This document shows, piece after piece, positions 31,115 through 41,382 of a DNA stretch of 64,000 bases. Within the stretch, counting starts at the first letter, position 1; each line of letters opens with the position of its first letter. The stretch is from positions 4,416,001 to 4,480,000 of the forward strand of contig OZ250150.1 in the NCBI GenBank assembly GCA_965237675.1, given 5' to 3'. Source of the stretch: Candidatus Latescibacterota bacterium. Lineage in GTDB: Bacteria; Latescibacterota; UBA2968; GCA-2709665. The position numbers were made by a program, and so were the translations under genes. The notes under the pieces are model-generated. The model searched no databases and was not told where the DNA came from. It saw only the letters and a program-made list of their open reading frames with translations.

Positions 31115-31978
31115 TTATCGGATGATTCCTTCCAGGTACGTCTTTGCCGCGAGCAGCCCCTCCTGATTCAACGCCGTACTGCCCATATACCGATCGTCTT
31201 CCAGCTCAATTGCCAACGGCCCGTCGTAGCCGAATTCCTCGAGCCGCGCCACAATCCAAATCCAATCCGCCTCTCCCCATCCGGGTATGCAATACCGCCA
31301 CCATCCTTCCCCGTGCCCGTACCTTCTGCCGAAACTCTGCCCCAGGCTCCCGTAAAGGTACAGACCGTCGGACAGCAGTTCCGTATCTTTCGCATGCACA
31401 TGCCGCACGCGGTCGCCGAATTCCATCAACAGACGCTGGTAATCCACGCCGATCCGGATGAAATGCGACGGATCGTAGCAGATTCCCAGGTGTGGCGACG
31501 GCACGACCTCGAATATGGCACGAAGCGTCTCGGGTGTACATCCGAGATTGCCATAGGTCGGCGCCCCTCCCGGATAGGGCTCGATGGCGAGATGCACCCC
31601 CTGTTGTTCCGCGCAATCCACCACGCCGGGATAAACCTCTTTGAAGATCTCGAAACTTTCGGATCGGGATTGCATGCGGTCGTCTGGCGCCAGACACAGA
31701 AACACCACGCCGGAACCGTGGGTGCCCGTCGCCCGAATTCGCCGCTTCATTGCCGAAACAGCCGTGCGGCGGGTCTGTGCGTCGTTGCTCAACAGAGCGC
31801 CTCCCACGCCCCAGTCTACCGTCCCAATCGCCAGCCCGGCGTTATCGAAAACCTTCCGAATTCCGGCGTCGACTTCCGGCACATCCACAGATCCGAAACC
31901 GCATTCCCCGGCCCAGGCCACGACACCCTCAAGACCCAATTCACTTCCCATGGCTGGAATCCGCATCCCCACGTGCAT
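31115..31978 (-). CDS. Sugar phosphate isomerase/epimerase (xylose isomerase-like TIM barrel)
   Basis: LAIE, YDPSH, HVHAKD, PGWG..DW, GYDGPLAIELED; GGAGG before MHVGM. Confidence 0.88.
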   Translation of the reverse strand: MHVGMRIPAMGSELGLEGVVAWAGECGFGSVDVPEVDAGIRKVFDNAGLAIGTVDWGVGGALLSNDAQTRRTAVSAMKRRIRATGTHGSGVVFLCLAPDDRMQSRSESFEIFKEVYPGVVDCAEQQGVHLAIEPYPGGAPTYGNLGCTPETLRAIFEVVPSPHLGICYDPSHFIRIGVDYQRLLMEFGDRVRHVHAKDTELLSDGLYLYGSLGQSFGRRYGHGEGWWRYCIPGWGEADWIWIVARLEEFGYDGPLAIELEDDRYMGSTALNQEGLLAAKTYLEGIIR

Positions 31979-32181
31979 AGAACCCTCCGTGAAAAACGTG
32001 AGCAAATCACCCGGCACCGGGAGGCCGAACACGCCTGTAAGCCGGTGGTAACTTTTGTGGGACCAAAACCGACCGGGGTGGTTGAGCCTTTCGAAACCCG
32101 CCTTCGTATTCCGCCGTTCGACAGCCGATGTTCGTGTATGATCGAGTGGATTCCCGCGTTGATTCGATGGGGGAGTCTTCC

Positions 32182-33087
32182 CTAGACCTCCCACAGATCC
32201 CGGATGTCGGAGAGAATCGTGTCCAGTTCGGCGTGGTCGTGCGCTTCCAGCGGCCCTGTCGCGGGGGCCCTTACGTAGGCCGAGCGGATCACCCCACGGC
32301 GGCGCAGCACTTCCTTGTATGCGTGCACGCCGTGAAGCATCTCAAAATTCAACAGGGGCAGCAGCCGGTTGAAAATCTCCCTGGCGCCCGACACGTCGCC
32401 CGCCTGGTACGCGTTCCAAACCGCGGCATGAACGTCGGTTGCGTCGCAGGCCGGCATCGTCCCGGCGGCGCCCCGCCGCATCTCGTCCATCATGAACCGA
32501 CCGGCCGCACCCCCGAACACGCCCTCCACCGAATCCCCGCAGGCAGCAATAGCCGCCGAAATAGAATGTGTGACCGGGGGGACTTCCTCCTTGATGTAAA
32601 GCACGCGTTCAATCTCGCGAGCAAGCTGACCCAACAACGCGGGTGACATCGGCACCCCGATCGGCAGCGGATAGTTCTGGATGAAAATCGGCAGTTCCGT
32701 CGCCCTGGCAAGCGCCTCGTAATACGCCGTCACGCCATCCGCCGGGGGTTTGGATACATAAGGCGGCATTGCGATCACTGCGTCGGCCCCCTCCCCCGCC
32801 GCGTGTTTCGCGATCCACACGGCCACGTGCGCGCTCACCCCGGACACACCCGCGACGAACGGCAGCCGATCCCGCACCGTCTGGCCCACGACCTCGATCA
32901 CCCGCAGCCGTTCCGGGTCGGACAACGCGCTGAATTCACTCGCATTCACCGGGGAGACCAAACCGTGCGCTCCCGCCGCGATCGAAAACTCCACCTCGGC
33001 CTTCAACCCGTCTTCGTCCAACGAACCATCGTCCGAAAACGGCGTTGCCAGAATCACAAACACCCCCCGAAACGGCGGCCCCGTCAT
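32182..33087 (-). CDS. DapA/NanA family class I aldolase/lyase
   Basis: TPF..DG.LD, ASEF..LS..ER, GADAVIAMPPY, Schiff-base YIKEE. Confidence 0.88.
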   Translation of the reverse strand: MTGPPFRGVFVILATPFSDDGSLDEDGLKAEVEFSIAAGAHGLVSPVNASEFSALSDPERLRVIEVVGQTVRDRLPFVAGVSGVSAHVAVWIAKHAAGEGADAVIAMPPYVSKPPADGVTAYYEALARATELPIFIQNYPLPIGVPMSPALLGQLAREIERVLYIKEEVPPVTHSISAAIAACGDSVEGVFGGAAGRFMMDEMRRGAAGTMPACDATDVHAAVWNAYQAGDVSGAREIFNRLLPLLNFEMLHGVHAYKEVLRRRGVIRSAYVRAPATGPLEAHDHAELDTILSDIRDLWEV

Positions 33088-33135
33088 TCATCTCCCTTTC
33101 GCTCGCGATTAACGTTCAACCCAACCCCCCATCCA

Positions 33136-33217
33136 ATGGTAAGGCGGAGATGACAGATGTCAAGCGGAAAATCCCCGCGATATTTCGATTGACTTACCCC
33201 GGACCCCAACCTACCAT
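33136..33217. promoter_or_regulatory. Back-to-back sigma70-like promoters
   Basis: Minus strand TTGACA-N16-TACCAT (33163-33136); plus strand TTGACT-N17-TACCAT (33189-33217); between divergent genes. Confidence 0.5.
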
Positions 33218-33257
33218 ATCCAATCAACAGGCGTGAACCCTTTGTCCCGCGTTTCCA

Positions 33258-33995
33258 ATGCAAATCACCCCGCGAAAACTCCAGGAACTTCGCAGTTTCA
33301 TGGACGCGTTCGACCCGGTCGGTCCACCGCGGGCAGGCTTTCTGCAAAGGGCGGTGAGGGGCCTCAATCGGCCCGGCGGCAGCCTGGTCGTGATGGATGC
33401 CTCGTTCAATCCGATGACCCTGGCTCACGAGACCATGCTGTCTCAGGCCTCGGAATCCTGCGATGCCGGGGAAGCCCTTCTTCTGCTGTCACACGCAAAC
33501 GTCGACAAAGACATCTACGGGGCATCTCTGGGGCAGCGCCTGGCCATGATCGGCCACTACGCAGAACCTGATTCCAACCTTTCGGTGGCCGGCTGCAGCC
33601 ACGCCAGATTCGTCGACAAAGCCCGCGCCCTTCGCCCGCTCTACCCGGAATCGACAAGGCTGTTCTTCGTGGTCGGTTACGACACCCTCCTGAGACTCTT
33701 CGACCCCAGGTACTATATTAACCTTTCGGACGAATTATCCACGCTCTTCGACTGTGCCCACGTCGTCGCAGCCAACCGCGACAATATCGACCCGGAAGCC
33801 ATGCGAACGCTGATGAGCAGCCCGGAATACGTCGCATTTTCCAACAGAGTTCGTTTCATCCGGTTGCGCGGCGTCCATTCGCAAATATCCTCCACGGAAG
33901 TTCGGACGCTCAAAAAACACGGGGCGCCAATCGGTCATCTTGTTCCGCCGCGTATCGCCGACGCCATCGATGCGTTGAACCTGTATCGTGCGTGA
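33258..33995 (+). CDS. Nicotinamide/nicotinate mononucleotide adenylyltransferase-like (cytidylyltransferase superfamily)
   Basis: ASFNPMTLAH (T/HxGH-like), NVDK, RFVDK, GYDTLLRLFDPRYY, ISSTEVR. Confidence 0.8.
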   Translation: MQITPRKLQELRSFMDAFDPVGPPRAGFLQRAVRGLNRPGGSLVVMDASFNPMTLAHETMLSQASESCDAGEALLLLSHANVDKDIYGASLGQRLAMIGHYAEPDSNLSVAGCSHARFVDKARALRPLYPESTRLFFVVGYDTLLRLFDPRYYINLSDELSTLFDCAHVVAANRDNIDPEAMRTLMSSPEYVAFSNRVRFIRLRGVHSQISSTEVRTLKKHGAPIGHLVPPRIADAIDALNLYRA

Positions 33996-34115
33996 CGGGT
34001 CAGCGGACGCGCCACGATACCGACGACCGGCCACCTGGGTCTGTTTCAGTGCCTCCAACCCGCGATTCACTTCTGCCTCACAAAAACCCTTTAACGTTTC
34101 ATGGGAGGAAAATGC

Positions 34116-35747
34116 ATGAACGGTGCGGATCTGCTGGTGAGGGAACTACAAAAAAAGGGCGTCGCGTTTATCGCAACACTCTGCGGCCACGGGCTCGACG
34201 ACCTGGATGACGCTTGCGACCGGGCGGGAATGCGGCTTGTCGACGTACGCAACGAACAGGCAGCAGGATATATCGCCGAAGCCGTCGGACGCCTTAGCCG
34301 CACGGTGGGCGTCTGCGCCGTCAGTAGCGGCGTGGCACACGTCAACGCCCTCACAGGGGTTTGCAACGCCCATTTCGACGGCGCACCCATGCTGCTCATC
34401 ACAGGAAGCGGACCCGCCAACACCGCCGGACTCGGTCACTTTCAGGATCTGAACCAGGTTGCCATTGCCGCGCCCATTTGCAAATACGCCGAAACCATTT
34501 ACCATCCGGAGCGCATCCCGCAGATTCTGCACGAGGCATTCGAAACCGCCATGGCCGGCAGGCCAGGACCCGTACATCTGACCGTTCCTCAGAACGTCCT
34601 GGGCGCTGAGATTCACGCCGGCGCCATCCTGCGCGTCCACGATGCCAGCCATCCCGCCCCCACCGTGGCATGGGGGAGTCCTGGTGAAATCGACAGAATC
34701 GCCGACCTGCTTGCGCGGTCCGATCGCCCCCTTCTGGTCGCCGGCGCCGGCACACACTATGCGGACGGCAATGCGGCGCTGGTTGAGTTCGCGCGCGCCC
34801 TGGCCGTCCCGGTGGTGGTACCGATCTGGGATCGGGGCGCTGTCTCGCAGCCCATGGATACGTTCATGGGTGTCGTCGGCGCCGCCAGCGGCGGCCCCCG
34901 ACTCCTTCCCGACGCGGACCTGGTTCTGCTGGCTGGCGCCACGTGCGATTACCGGGTCGGCTATCTCCAGCCGCCCGCCGTACATCCCGACGCCACCCTT
35001 GTGCGCATCCACGTGGATGCCTGCACCCTCAATCAGGGAATCGGCGCCCACCTGCGCGTGGCGGCCGATCCCGGTTCCGCACTGCTCCAGTTGACCGAAG
35101 CTGCGCGGACAAGGAAAATCGCGCCCAAGACGGCCTGGCTACAGGAGGCCGCCGGCCGTCGGGACGCGTTCCGCGGGCGGTGCCTTGACGCCCGAAAAGG
35201 GAACGGGCTGCACGCGCTCGACATCATTCACGCCGTGCAATCCGTCCTGACCGACGACACCGTTATCCTCATCGACGGCGGCAACATCGGTCAGTGGGCG
35301 CACCAGGTCCTCTGCGACCGATATCCCGGCCACTGGCTTACGTGCGGCGCCAGCGGCGTTGTGGGCTACGGTCTCGCGGGGGCGATGGCGGCCCGCCTCG
35401 TATACCCGAACCGGCCAGTTATCCTCATTTCGGGCGATGGCGCGCTCACATTCACCGTCGCCGAACTCGAGGCGGCCGCCCGGCAGAGTCTGCCCTTTGT
35501 GGTCCTTCTCGCCGACGATGAAGCCTGGGGCATCACCCTCACCGGGCACGAGGCGCATTACGGCCGCGGGATCACCTCCGAACTGGGCCCGATCGACTAC
35601 GCAGGGATGGCGGATGCCTTTGGCGCCAGGGGAATTCGCATTGAAAATGCGGACCAGATCCTTCCCGCGCTGCAGCATGGCCTCGGCGCGAAACAGCCCA
35701 CGCTCATACACGTGCCGGTTGCCCGGAGCAGCCCTGCCGACAAATAG
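34116..35747 (+). CDS. Thiamine pyrophosphate-binding enzyme (acetolactate synthase-like)
   Basis: RNEQAAGY.AE, GRPGPVHL, DGGN, GDGA TPP motif. Confidence 0.9.
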   Translation: MNGADLLVRELQKKGVAFIATLCGHGLDDLDDACDRAGMRLVDVRNEQAAGYIAEAVGRLSRTVGVCAVSSGVAHVNALTGVCNAHFDGAPMLLITGSGPANTAGLGHFQDLNQVAIAAPICKYAETIYHPERIPQILHEAFETAMAGRPGPVHLTVPQNVLGAEIHAGAILRVHDASHPAPTVAWGSPGEIDRIADLLARSDRPLLVAGAGTHYADGNAALVEFARALAVPVVVPIWDRGAVSQPMDTFMGVVGAASGGPRLLPDADLVLLAGATCDYRVGYLQPPAVHPDATLVRIHVDACTLNQGIGAHLRVAADPGSALLQLTEAARTRKIAPKTAWLQEAAGRRDAFRGRCLDARKGNGLHALDIIHAVQSVLTDDTVILIDGGNIGQWAHQVLCDRYPGHWLTCGASGVVGYGLAGAMAARLVYPNRPVILISGDGALTFTVAELEAAARQSLPFVVLLADDEAWGITLTGHEAHYGRGITSELGPIDYAGMADAFGARGIRIENADQILPALQHGLGAKQPTLIHVPVARSSPADK

Positions 35748-35809
35748 AATCCGGTGGCGGAATCCGCCGCCGGCCACCGCATCGGCAAACGGCCACACAC
35801 GCTTCGAGC

Positions 35810-37918
35810 TCACATCACGCCGTACCAGCCATACTGATCTTCGGGAACGAGAACGAAATTGGAACGTGCGGCGGGATACCAGGGTTCCGGATTCCTGTCC
35901 CGGTGATTGTCCACGGCACGCACCTCCACAAAGTACATCCGGTTGGCCTCCGGCACGTTCCAGACAATCGACGTATCTGCGGTCAACTCCGTCAGGACTT
36001 CCTCTCGACACGCTCGATCCGCGAAAATGCGAACGTCGTACTCTATCCGGCCACCGCCCAACTTCATCGACCGCGCCCAATTTACGCGGACCTCCTGCGG
36101 GCCGACCCGTTGCGCGGGCAATGCCATGGGGAACGTCGGCGGATGGGCTTTCTCGGCCCCGAGATAGTACGAGTAGTACGGCTCCGACCCCCAGATGCCG
36201 AATACGTAACCCAGAATCCAGAACCGGTCTTCGCTCTCGAGCAACTCAGGATCATACGCGAAACACTCCTGCGCAAAGCCATCGGCGAAGTAAATATCCG
36301 CCTTCAGTTCGGCCACCGACAACACGCTTCCGGCTTTCTGCGGCTGATTGGCGCCGAAAAACAGCGCGTCCACGATATGGTCGCTCCCGTCATAGGTCGC
36401 CTCCGCCACCACGTGGTGCGAAAGCCCGACCGACCGGACCGGAATGCCAAGCGCCTCCAGAATCGCAACGGTAACCGTAACGCCCTGCCCGCACCGCGCA
36501 TCATGCCCCTCCAGAATGGCCACCGGATCCCGCGTTTCCGGCACCTGGACAGGGTTGTAATAGAGTACCCGATTCACATGGTCCGCAACCTGTCTCACCG
36601 CATCCGCGTCCGACGACACCCCGTCTGTAATTGTCTCCGCAAGATGCCCCAGGTAACCCTCCCTATCGGTTCTCGCAGCCCGTCTGACCAACTCGGCCTC
36701 CATCCCGGGCGGGTATTCCGATACGGGGCCCTCCAAATTCACAATGGGCGGCGTCCACGGCGTGCGCGGCAGAAAGAGCGACCGTTTTGCACCATAGGTT
36801 CGCCGGTACCGAGCCAGATGCGCCCGCCTGTCGAATACCACGTCAGGGATGCCGAAGCCCTGCTCCCGTGTGGCCGGTTCGCTCTGCAGGACGATCCAGG
36901 AACCGAAAATTTCTCCCAATTCCCCAGATCGGATATACGGAATCATCGTCCCTGTAATGACGAACCGTTCGCCATCCGTCCAGTGATAACACAGCAACGG
37001 GACCCCGTCCGGCTGTTCCGGAGCCACCAGGTAGTCAAACGTGACGGTACCGGGATCAAATACCAGCATTCGATCCAGAAACCTCGGCGGCTTGCCGTCG
37101 ACCGTTAACGGCCCGTCCGGAACCACGATCCGACCCGTGTTGGGATCCAACCTGCTCGGATGCATATACGTGCTCAAGCAGATATACGCACGGCCCTGAA
37201 AGCCGAATCCCCCTCCCATGAAGCCGTAAAGCTCTCCGTGATCCGGCGTTGGGATTGCGTTTCCCCACCGTCCCCGATCCGGTTCCAACGGAAAAATCCT
37301 GCCCTTCGCCGTATCCCAGGCGTACAACACGCCGCGGTGTATGAAGTGCCCGGCCAGCGCGGCCTCCGGGTACGGGCCGGGGCTCTCGTCGACGAATTGT
37401 TCCGCGCCGGGATCGAATCTGATGATTCGAGACGGTTCGCACATTGGCGAATAGACCATCCCGTCAACGCACCACCCGTTTGCCAGCTGCCCCTCGAACG
37501 GACAGTCCACAACGCGCGGCTCCGCCAGCGGACCGTCCAGAACCAGGACCCTGGATTCCGAACGCTCAAAGAGCAACACCTTTCCACCGGGCGTCCTGAC
37601 GCCGTACCACACGAGGGGTCGCGCGCCGGGGATCTCTCGCCTTTCGCAAGCGCGTCCCACAGGGTCGAGAACCAGGTAGTACGGCGCGTCACCCAGGGTG
37701 AGCACCAGCTTTTCCTCCCAGGCAATGGCCTGGAAGACCGATCGGCCGCCCATTTCCGGCACCGGAATCTGAACCGTCTCCGCCGTACGTAAATTATGGC
37801 CTGTCAATCGGTTGCGCCCACAACCCTCCCAAAGCCAATCCGCGCTGTCCACGTCAATCCCAAACGGCCGTCCGGTATGAATCTCATCGTGCCTGTACAA
37901 CCATACCTGATCTTCCAT
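35810..37918 (-). CDS. Hypothetical multidomain protein: propeller-like N-terminus, transglutaminase-like core, FN3-like C-terminus
   Basis: ARCGQ...ILEALGIPVR.V...HHVVAE..YDG..HIVD Cys-His-Asp pattern; terminal VNW...YDV...YFVEVRAVD. Confidence 0.6.
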   Translation of the reverse strand: MEDQVWLYRHDEIHTGRPFGIDVDSADWLWEGCGRNRLTGHNLRTAETVQIPVPEMGGRSVFQAIAWEEKLVLTLGDAPYYLVLDPVGRACERREIPGARPLVWYGVRTPGGKVLLFERSESRVLVLDGPLAEPRVVDCPFEGQLANGWCVDGMVYSPMCEPSRIIRFDPGAEQFVDESPGPYPEAALAGHFIHRGVLYAWDTAKGRIFPLEPDRGRWGNAIPTPDHGELYGFMGGGFGFQGRAYICLSTYMHPSRLDPNTGRIVVPDGPLTVDGKPPRFLDRMLVFDPGTVTFDYLVAPEQPDGVPLLCYHWTDGERFVITGTMIPYIRSGELGEIFGSWIVLQSEPATREQGFGIPDVVFDRRAHLARYRRTYGAKRSLFLPRTPWTPPIVNLEGPVSEYPPGMEAELVRRAARTDREGYLGHLAETITDGVSSDADAVRQVADHVNRVLYYNPVQVPETRDPVAILEGHDARCGQGVTVTVAILEALGIPVRSVGLSHHVVAEATYDGSDHIVDALFFGANQPQKAGSVLSVAELKADIYFADGFAQECFAYDPELLESEDRFWILGYVFGIWGSEPYYSYYLGAEKAHPPTFPMALPAQRVGPQEVRVNWARSMKLGGGRIEYDVRIFADRACREEVLTELTADTSIVWNVPEANRMYFVEVRAVDNHRDRNPEPWYPAARSNFVLVPEDQYGWYGVM

Positions 37919-38008
37919 CGATTTCTCCCCCCGGTTGCCCGCAATCCACCAGACCTTTTTTTGAGCGAAAAAGGGGGCGGCGCGCTGGATAAACGGTGTC
38001 TAAACCCA

Positions 38009-38036
38009 TTGACAATTCGATATTTTGCGCTAATTT
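38009..38036 (+). promoter_or_regulatory. Putative sigma70 promoter
   Basis: TTGACA-N16-TAATTT upstream of the 38114 gene. Confidence 0.35.
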
Positions 38037-38113
38037 ATGCCATCGTCCAATTTTCGTCACCATCCGCTCAATGCTGAATCCGAAAGCGGCATCTCACATC
38101 AGCGAGGCTCAAT

Positions 38114-38806
38114 ATGGGTGTGATTACCGTCTCAAGAGAATACGGCAGCGACGGACGATCGGTCGCTCAGAAAGCCGCCGATCTGTTGGGTTATCTGTGC
38201 ATGAACAAGGACCTGCTCGTGGAAGTGGCCAACGAAGCCCAGGTCCCTGTCGCCGAAGCCGAGCGTTTCGACGAACGCCCGGAACATCCCGCCATGCGTG
38301 TGATTCGAAAAATCCTCACGCCCGGTCACCCGGAGGCGATCACCGGCCTCTCGGAGTACGAGTGGTGGGCAACCGCCACCGTGCCCGAACTGACCGGCCG
38401 GATCGATTCCGTTGTTTCTTTACCGGACGAAGAGGCTTTTGTCAACATCACACGGGAAGTCGTTACGCGTCTGGCCGAGCGGGACAACGTGGTCCTGGTG
38501 GGCCGGGGCGGGCAGATCCTGCTGAGAGACCGACCCGCCACGTTGCATCTGCGGGTGGTCGCCCCGATCGATTATCGAATTCACATGGTCATGAAGCGGG
38601 AAGAACTGGATGCCAACGCCGCCGCAAAACGTATCCGCAAAATGGACGACTATCGAAAACGCTATCTCAAGAGACACTTCGGAATTGCCTGGAACGCCGC
38701 GGAAAACTATCACCTGACGTTCAACACCGGCCAGACCGGAATCGAGGGCGCCGCCGGCATTGTCGCCGAAGCGATGCGGTATATGTTGAAGGCGAGGCGA
38801 AACTGA
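38114..38806 (+). CDS. Cytidylate kinase-like family protein
   Basis: VITVSREYGS.G, VVLVGRGG, D..R..Y...HF......NYHL.FNT. Confidence 0.88.
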   Translation: MGVITVSREYGSDGRSVAQKAADLLGYLCMNKDLLVEVANEAQVPVAEAERFDERPEHPAMRVIRKILTPGHPEAITGLSEYEWWATATVPELTGRIDSVVSLPDEEAFVNITREVVTRLAERDNVVLVGRGGQILLRDRPATLHLRVVAPIDYRIHMVMKREELDANAAAKRIRKMDDYRKRYLKRHFGIAWNAAENYHLTFNTGQTGIEGAAGIVAEAMRYMLKARRN

Positions 38807-38837
38807 GCACGCGGTTCGGAAGAATCGGGAAACGCAC

Positions 38838-38871
38838 AAAGATGCCCCGGGGATCTCTCCGGGGCGTCTTT
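38838..38871. terminator. Bidirectional intrinsic terminator
   Basis: aaagatgccccgg...ccggggcgtcttt hairpin between convergent genes. Confidence 0.65.
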
Positions 38872-38896
38872 ATTCCTGAATTGGCCCTGCCCTTTT

Positions 38897-39337
38897 TTAT
38901 TCTTCTTCTCTCAGCATCTCCACCAGCATCTCCAGCGCCGCGACATAACCCCGCCACTTGAATCCGGCAACCTGCCCGACCATGATGGCCGAGAAACAGG
39001 AATGCCGCCGGAACGCCTCCCTTGCATGGATATTGGACAGATGCACTTCCACCGCCGGCAACTGGCTGTCTTCGATCGCATCTCTCAGCGAATACCCGAA
39101 CCCCGTCAGCCCGGCCGGATTGAGAATGATCCCCTGGACACGATCCCGCTTTGCCTGAACCCTGTCGACAAGAACGCCCTCGTGGTTGGACTGCAGGAAC
39201 TCCAGTTCGCAGCCCAGCGCACGCCCCCGTTCCTCAAGCCGGCGGTGGATCTCATCCAGCGTCACGAGACCGTAATGGGCCGCCTTCCGTTTGCCCAGCA
39301 TGTTCAGATTCGGTCCCTGGAGCACAAGTATGTTCAT
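38897..39337 (-). CDS. aroQ: Type II 3-dehydroquinate dehydratase
   Basis: GPNLNMLGKR, QSNHEG, NPAG.T, EVHLSNIHAREAFR. Confidence 0.95.
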   Translation of the reverse strand: MNILVLQGPNLNMLGKRKAAHYGLVTLDEIHRRLEERGRALGCELEFLQSNHEGVLVDRVQAKRDRVQGIILNPAGLTGFGYSLRDAIEDSQLPAVEVHLSNIHAREAFRRHSCFSAIMVGQVAGFKWRGYVAALEMLVEMLREEE

Positions 39338-39463
39338 TCCGGCTTCTCCATTGTCCAACCCGAAACGCCAAGATATCTTGAGCGCTCACCATTTCAGGCA
39401 AAGGGTTCAAGACGCCTTCCGATCCGTAAACCGTTCCCTCGATCTGAGATTCCGGATTGACCT

Positions 39464-39519
39464 GTGTTCTGTCCCGGAAATAGATTGCCGTATGGTGACA
39501 TATTTCCGGGAAAGGACAC
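39464..39519. mobile_element. MITE-like element copy 1 (minimal, 56 bp)
   Basis: gtgttctgtcccggaaata...tatttccgggaaaggacac inverted termini; right end overlaps the TAG stop of the ManC-like gene. Confidence 0.75.
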
Positions 39520-40592
39520 TAGATATACCCGGCACGCCCCTCTCGCAGAGCCGCGACCACGTCTCTGACACGCTGTGCCCGATCGCGCCGACAGATCAAC
39601 AGCGCGTCGGGCGTATCGACGACAACCAGCCCCTCGACATCCACGAGTGCGATCAGCTTGCCCTCGACACCGTAGGCGGTGATGTTCCGCGAGTTCAAAT
39701 TCAACACGTCCCCGGAGATGAGGTTGCCCTCCGTGTCGACTGGCAGGACGTCCGTCAACGCACCCCAACTGCCGATGTCGCTCCAGTCGATATCCGCCTC
39801 CAGGGTGGCCACCTTCGGTGCCCGTTCAATAATGGCATTGTCAATGGCCACCTCCTTCATGCGGGGATATTCCCGCGCAATCGCGTCCCGTTCCTTCCCG
39901 GAACCCACCGCGCCCCGAATGCGCATCAGAAACCTGTGGAGTTCCGGCTCGAACTGCTCGAACAAACTCAGGACGGTTTGCGCCTTCCATACGAACATGT
40001 TACTGTTCCATAGATAGTTGCCACTTTCCACGTACCGCCTTGCCGTATGTTCATCGGGTTTCTCTCTGAACCGCGCCACGCCGTAGACCGGCTCTCCGTT
40101 TACCCGGCTGGCGACGGCGCCCTTCTGGATATAGCCGTAACCCGTTTCCACGCGGGTGGGTTTCACCCCCAGCGTTAACAGCGTGTCCGGATCCTCCTCC
40201 ACGGCTTCTTCGGCCGCCCGAAGCAATCGGCAGAACGCCTCCGGTTTTCCTATATGATGGTCCGAACCCAGACTGGCCACAGTACAGCCGGGATACCGGC
40301 TCTCGAGCAGTACGCACTCGAGCCCCACGGCCGGGCCGGTATTACGCAGTGCCGGTTCGACAATGAAACCCGACGCGGGCAACTCCGGGAGCTGTTCCCG
40401 TACGAGAGCGACGAGTTCGTTTCCCGTTGAAACGTGGAGATCGCGGACGCCAACCAGCGGCCGGATCCGATGCACGGCCTCCTGCAGCATGGTGCGTTCG
40501 CCGACCATCCTGTGAAACTGCTTCGGCCGCGTCGTCCGGCTGAAGGGCCACAGGCGGGTGCCGATGCCGCCGGCCCGAATCACGAACTTCAT
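39519..40592 (-). CDS. manC: Mannose-1-phosphate guanylyltransferase
   Basis: AGGIGTRLWPFSR...PKQF, EP..RNTGPA, TGYGYI, FREKP, WNSNMF, WSDIGSW; ATGA overlap with the NUDIX gene. Confidence 0.9.
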   Translation of the reverse strand: MKFVIRAGGIGTRLWPFSRTTRPKQFHRMVGERTMLQEAVHRIRPLVGVRDLHVSTGNELVALVREQLPELPASGFIVEPALRNTGPAVGLECVLLESRYPGCTVASLGSDHHIGKPEAFCRLLRAAEEAVEEDPDTLLTLGVKPTRVETGYGYIQKGAVASRVNGEPVYGVARFREKPDEHTARRYVESGNYLWNSNMFVWKAQTVLSLFEQFEPELHRFLMRIRGAVGSGKERDAIAREYPRMKEVAIDNAIIERAPKVATLEADIDWSDIGSWGALTDVLPVDTEGNLISGDVLNLNSRNITAYGVEGKLIALVDVEGLVVVDTPDALLICRRDRAQRVRDVVAALREGRAGYI

Positions 40593-41122
40593 CGCACTTC
40601 CCGCCGTCTGGGCAAACGCCCCAATGCCGCCCGATCCACTCTCAGGGCGCTCACGGTTCCGTAGCGCATCCCGTCTTCTACAGCGACGTAAACGTCTGGA
40701 AATCCGGCCTTTTTCTCCTGAAGGGCCAGATTCAGAGCATATCCGGCGTTCTCTACCAGATCCAGGTCGGCGATGCGATCCAGCTCGATCCACTGCAGCC
40801 GGCCTTCGTCGCAGCGGCGCAACGCCTCGTGATCGGTATGCCCCGTGAAAAACACCACGGTTGTGACGTCGCCGTCTTCCAGCCGGGTCAACACGACCCG
40901 GATGTGTAGATTGTCGACGTCCTGCGCGGCGATTCCGGCTTCCTCGCCCACCTCCCGCAGTGCCGCCGCCTCCAGATTCGCCATTTCGTCCGGTTCCACC
41001 CGGCCCCCTACCCCCGTCCACCGGCCTGGCGCAAATTGCTTGTGAGGCGCGCGCTCAAGCAACAAAACACGGTTTTTCCGAAACAGAAAAACCGTCACAT
41101 AGACCTTGAGACCCACACCCAT
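40589..41122 (-). CDS. NUDIX hydrolase
   Basis: GGRVEPDE.....AALREVGEEAGI Nudix box. Confidence 0.88.
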   Translation of the reverse strand: MGVGLKVYVTVFLFRKNRVLLLERAPHKQFAPGRWTGVGGRVEPDEMANLEAAALREVGEEAGIAAQDVDNLHIRVVLTRLEDGDVTTVVFFTGHTDHEALRRCDEGRLQWIELDRIADLDLVENAGYALNLALQEKKAGFPDVYVAVEDGMRYGTVSALRVDRAALGRLPRRREVR

Positions 41123-41137
41123 GTCAGCCTTACACTA

Positions 41138-41299
41138 GTGTTCTGTCCCGGAAATAGATTGCCGAAATTCGGCCGACGAGTCGCCCGGCTCGCAAGGCGC
41201 CTGAGCGAGGCGACCTGCGCAAGGTCGGCGGGTGAAGGGAACGCAGCGAGACGGGATGAATCGACGGATGAATGGTAACATATTTCTGGGACAGGACAC
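41138..41299. mobile_element. MITE-like element copy 2 (162 bp)
   Basis: ctaGTGTTCTGTCCCGGAAATA...TATTTCTGGGACAGGACAC. Confidence 0.8.
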
Positions 41300-41382
41300 C
41301 TAATCGCCATCCGGGAGTCGGAACGCAGAAGGCGGGGCGTTATTGTCCTCGGCCGCGCGCCGAACTCAGACCGGAACCACGG

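Noticed and set aside
40593-41021. N-terminal extension making the ManC-like protein 500 aa
   Set aside because: Alternate frame of the NUDIX gene; the real start MKFVIRAGG has an ATGA overlap and a GAGG RBS.
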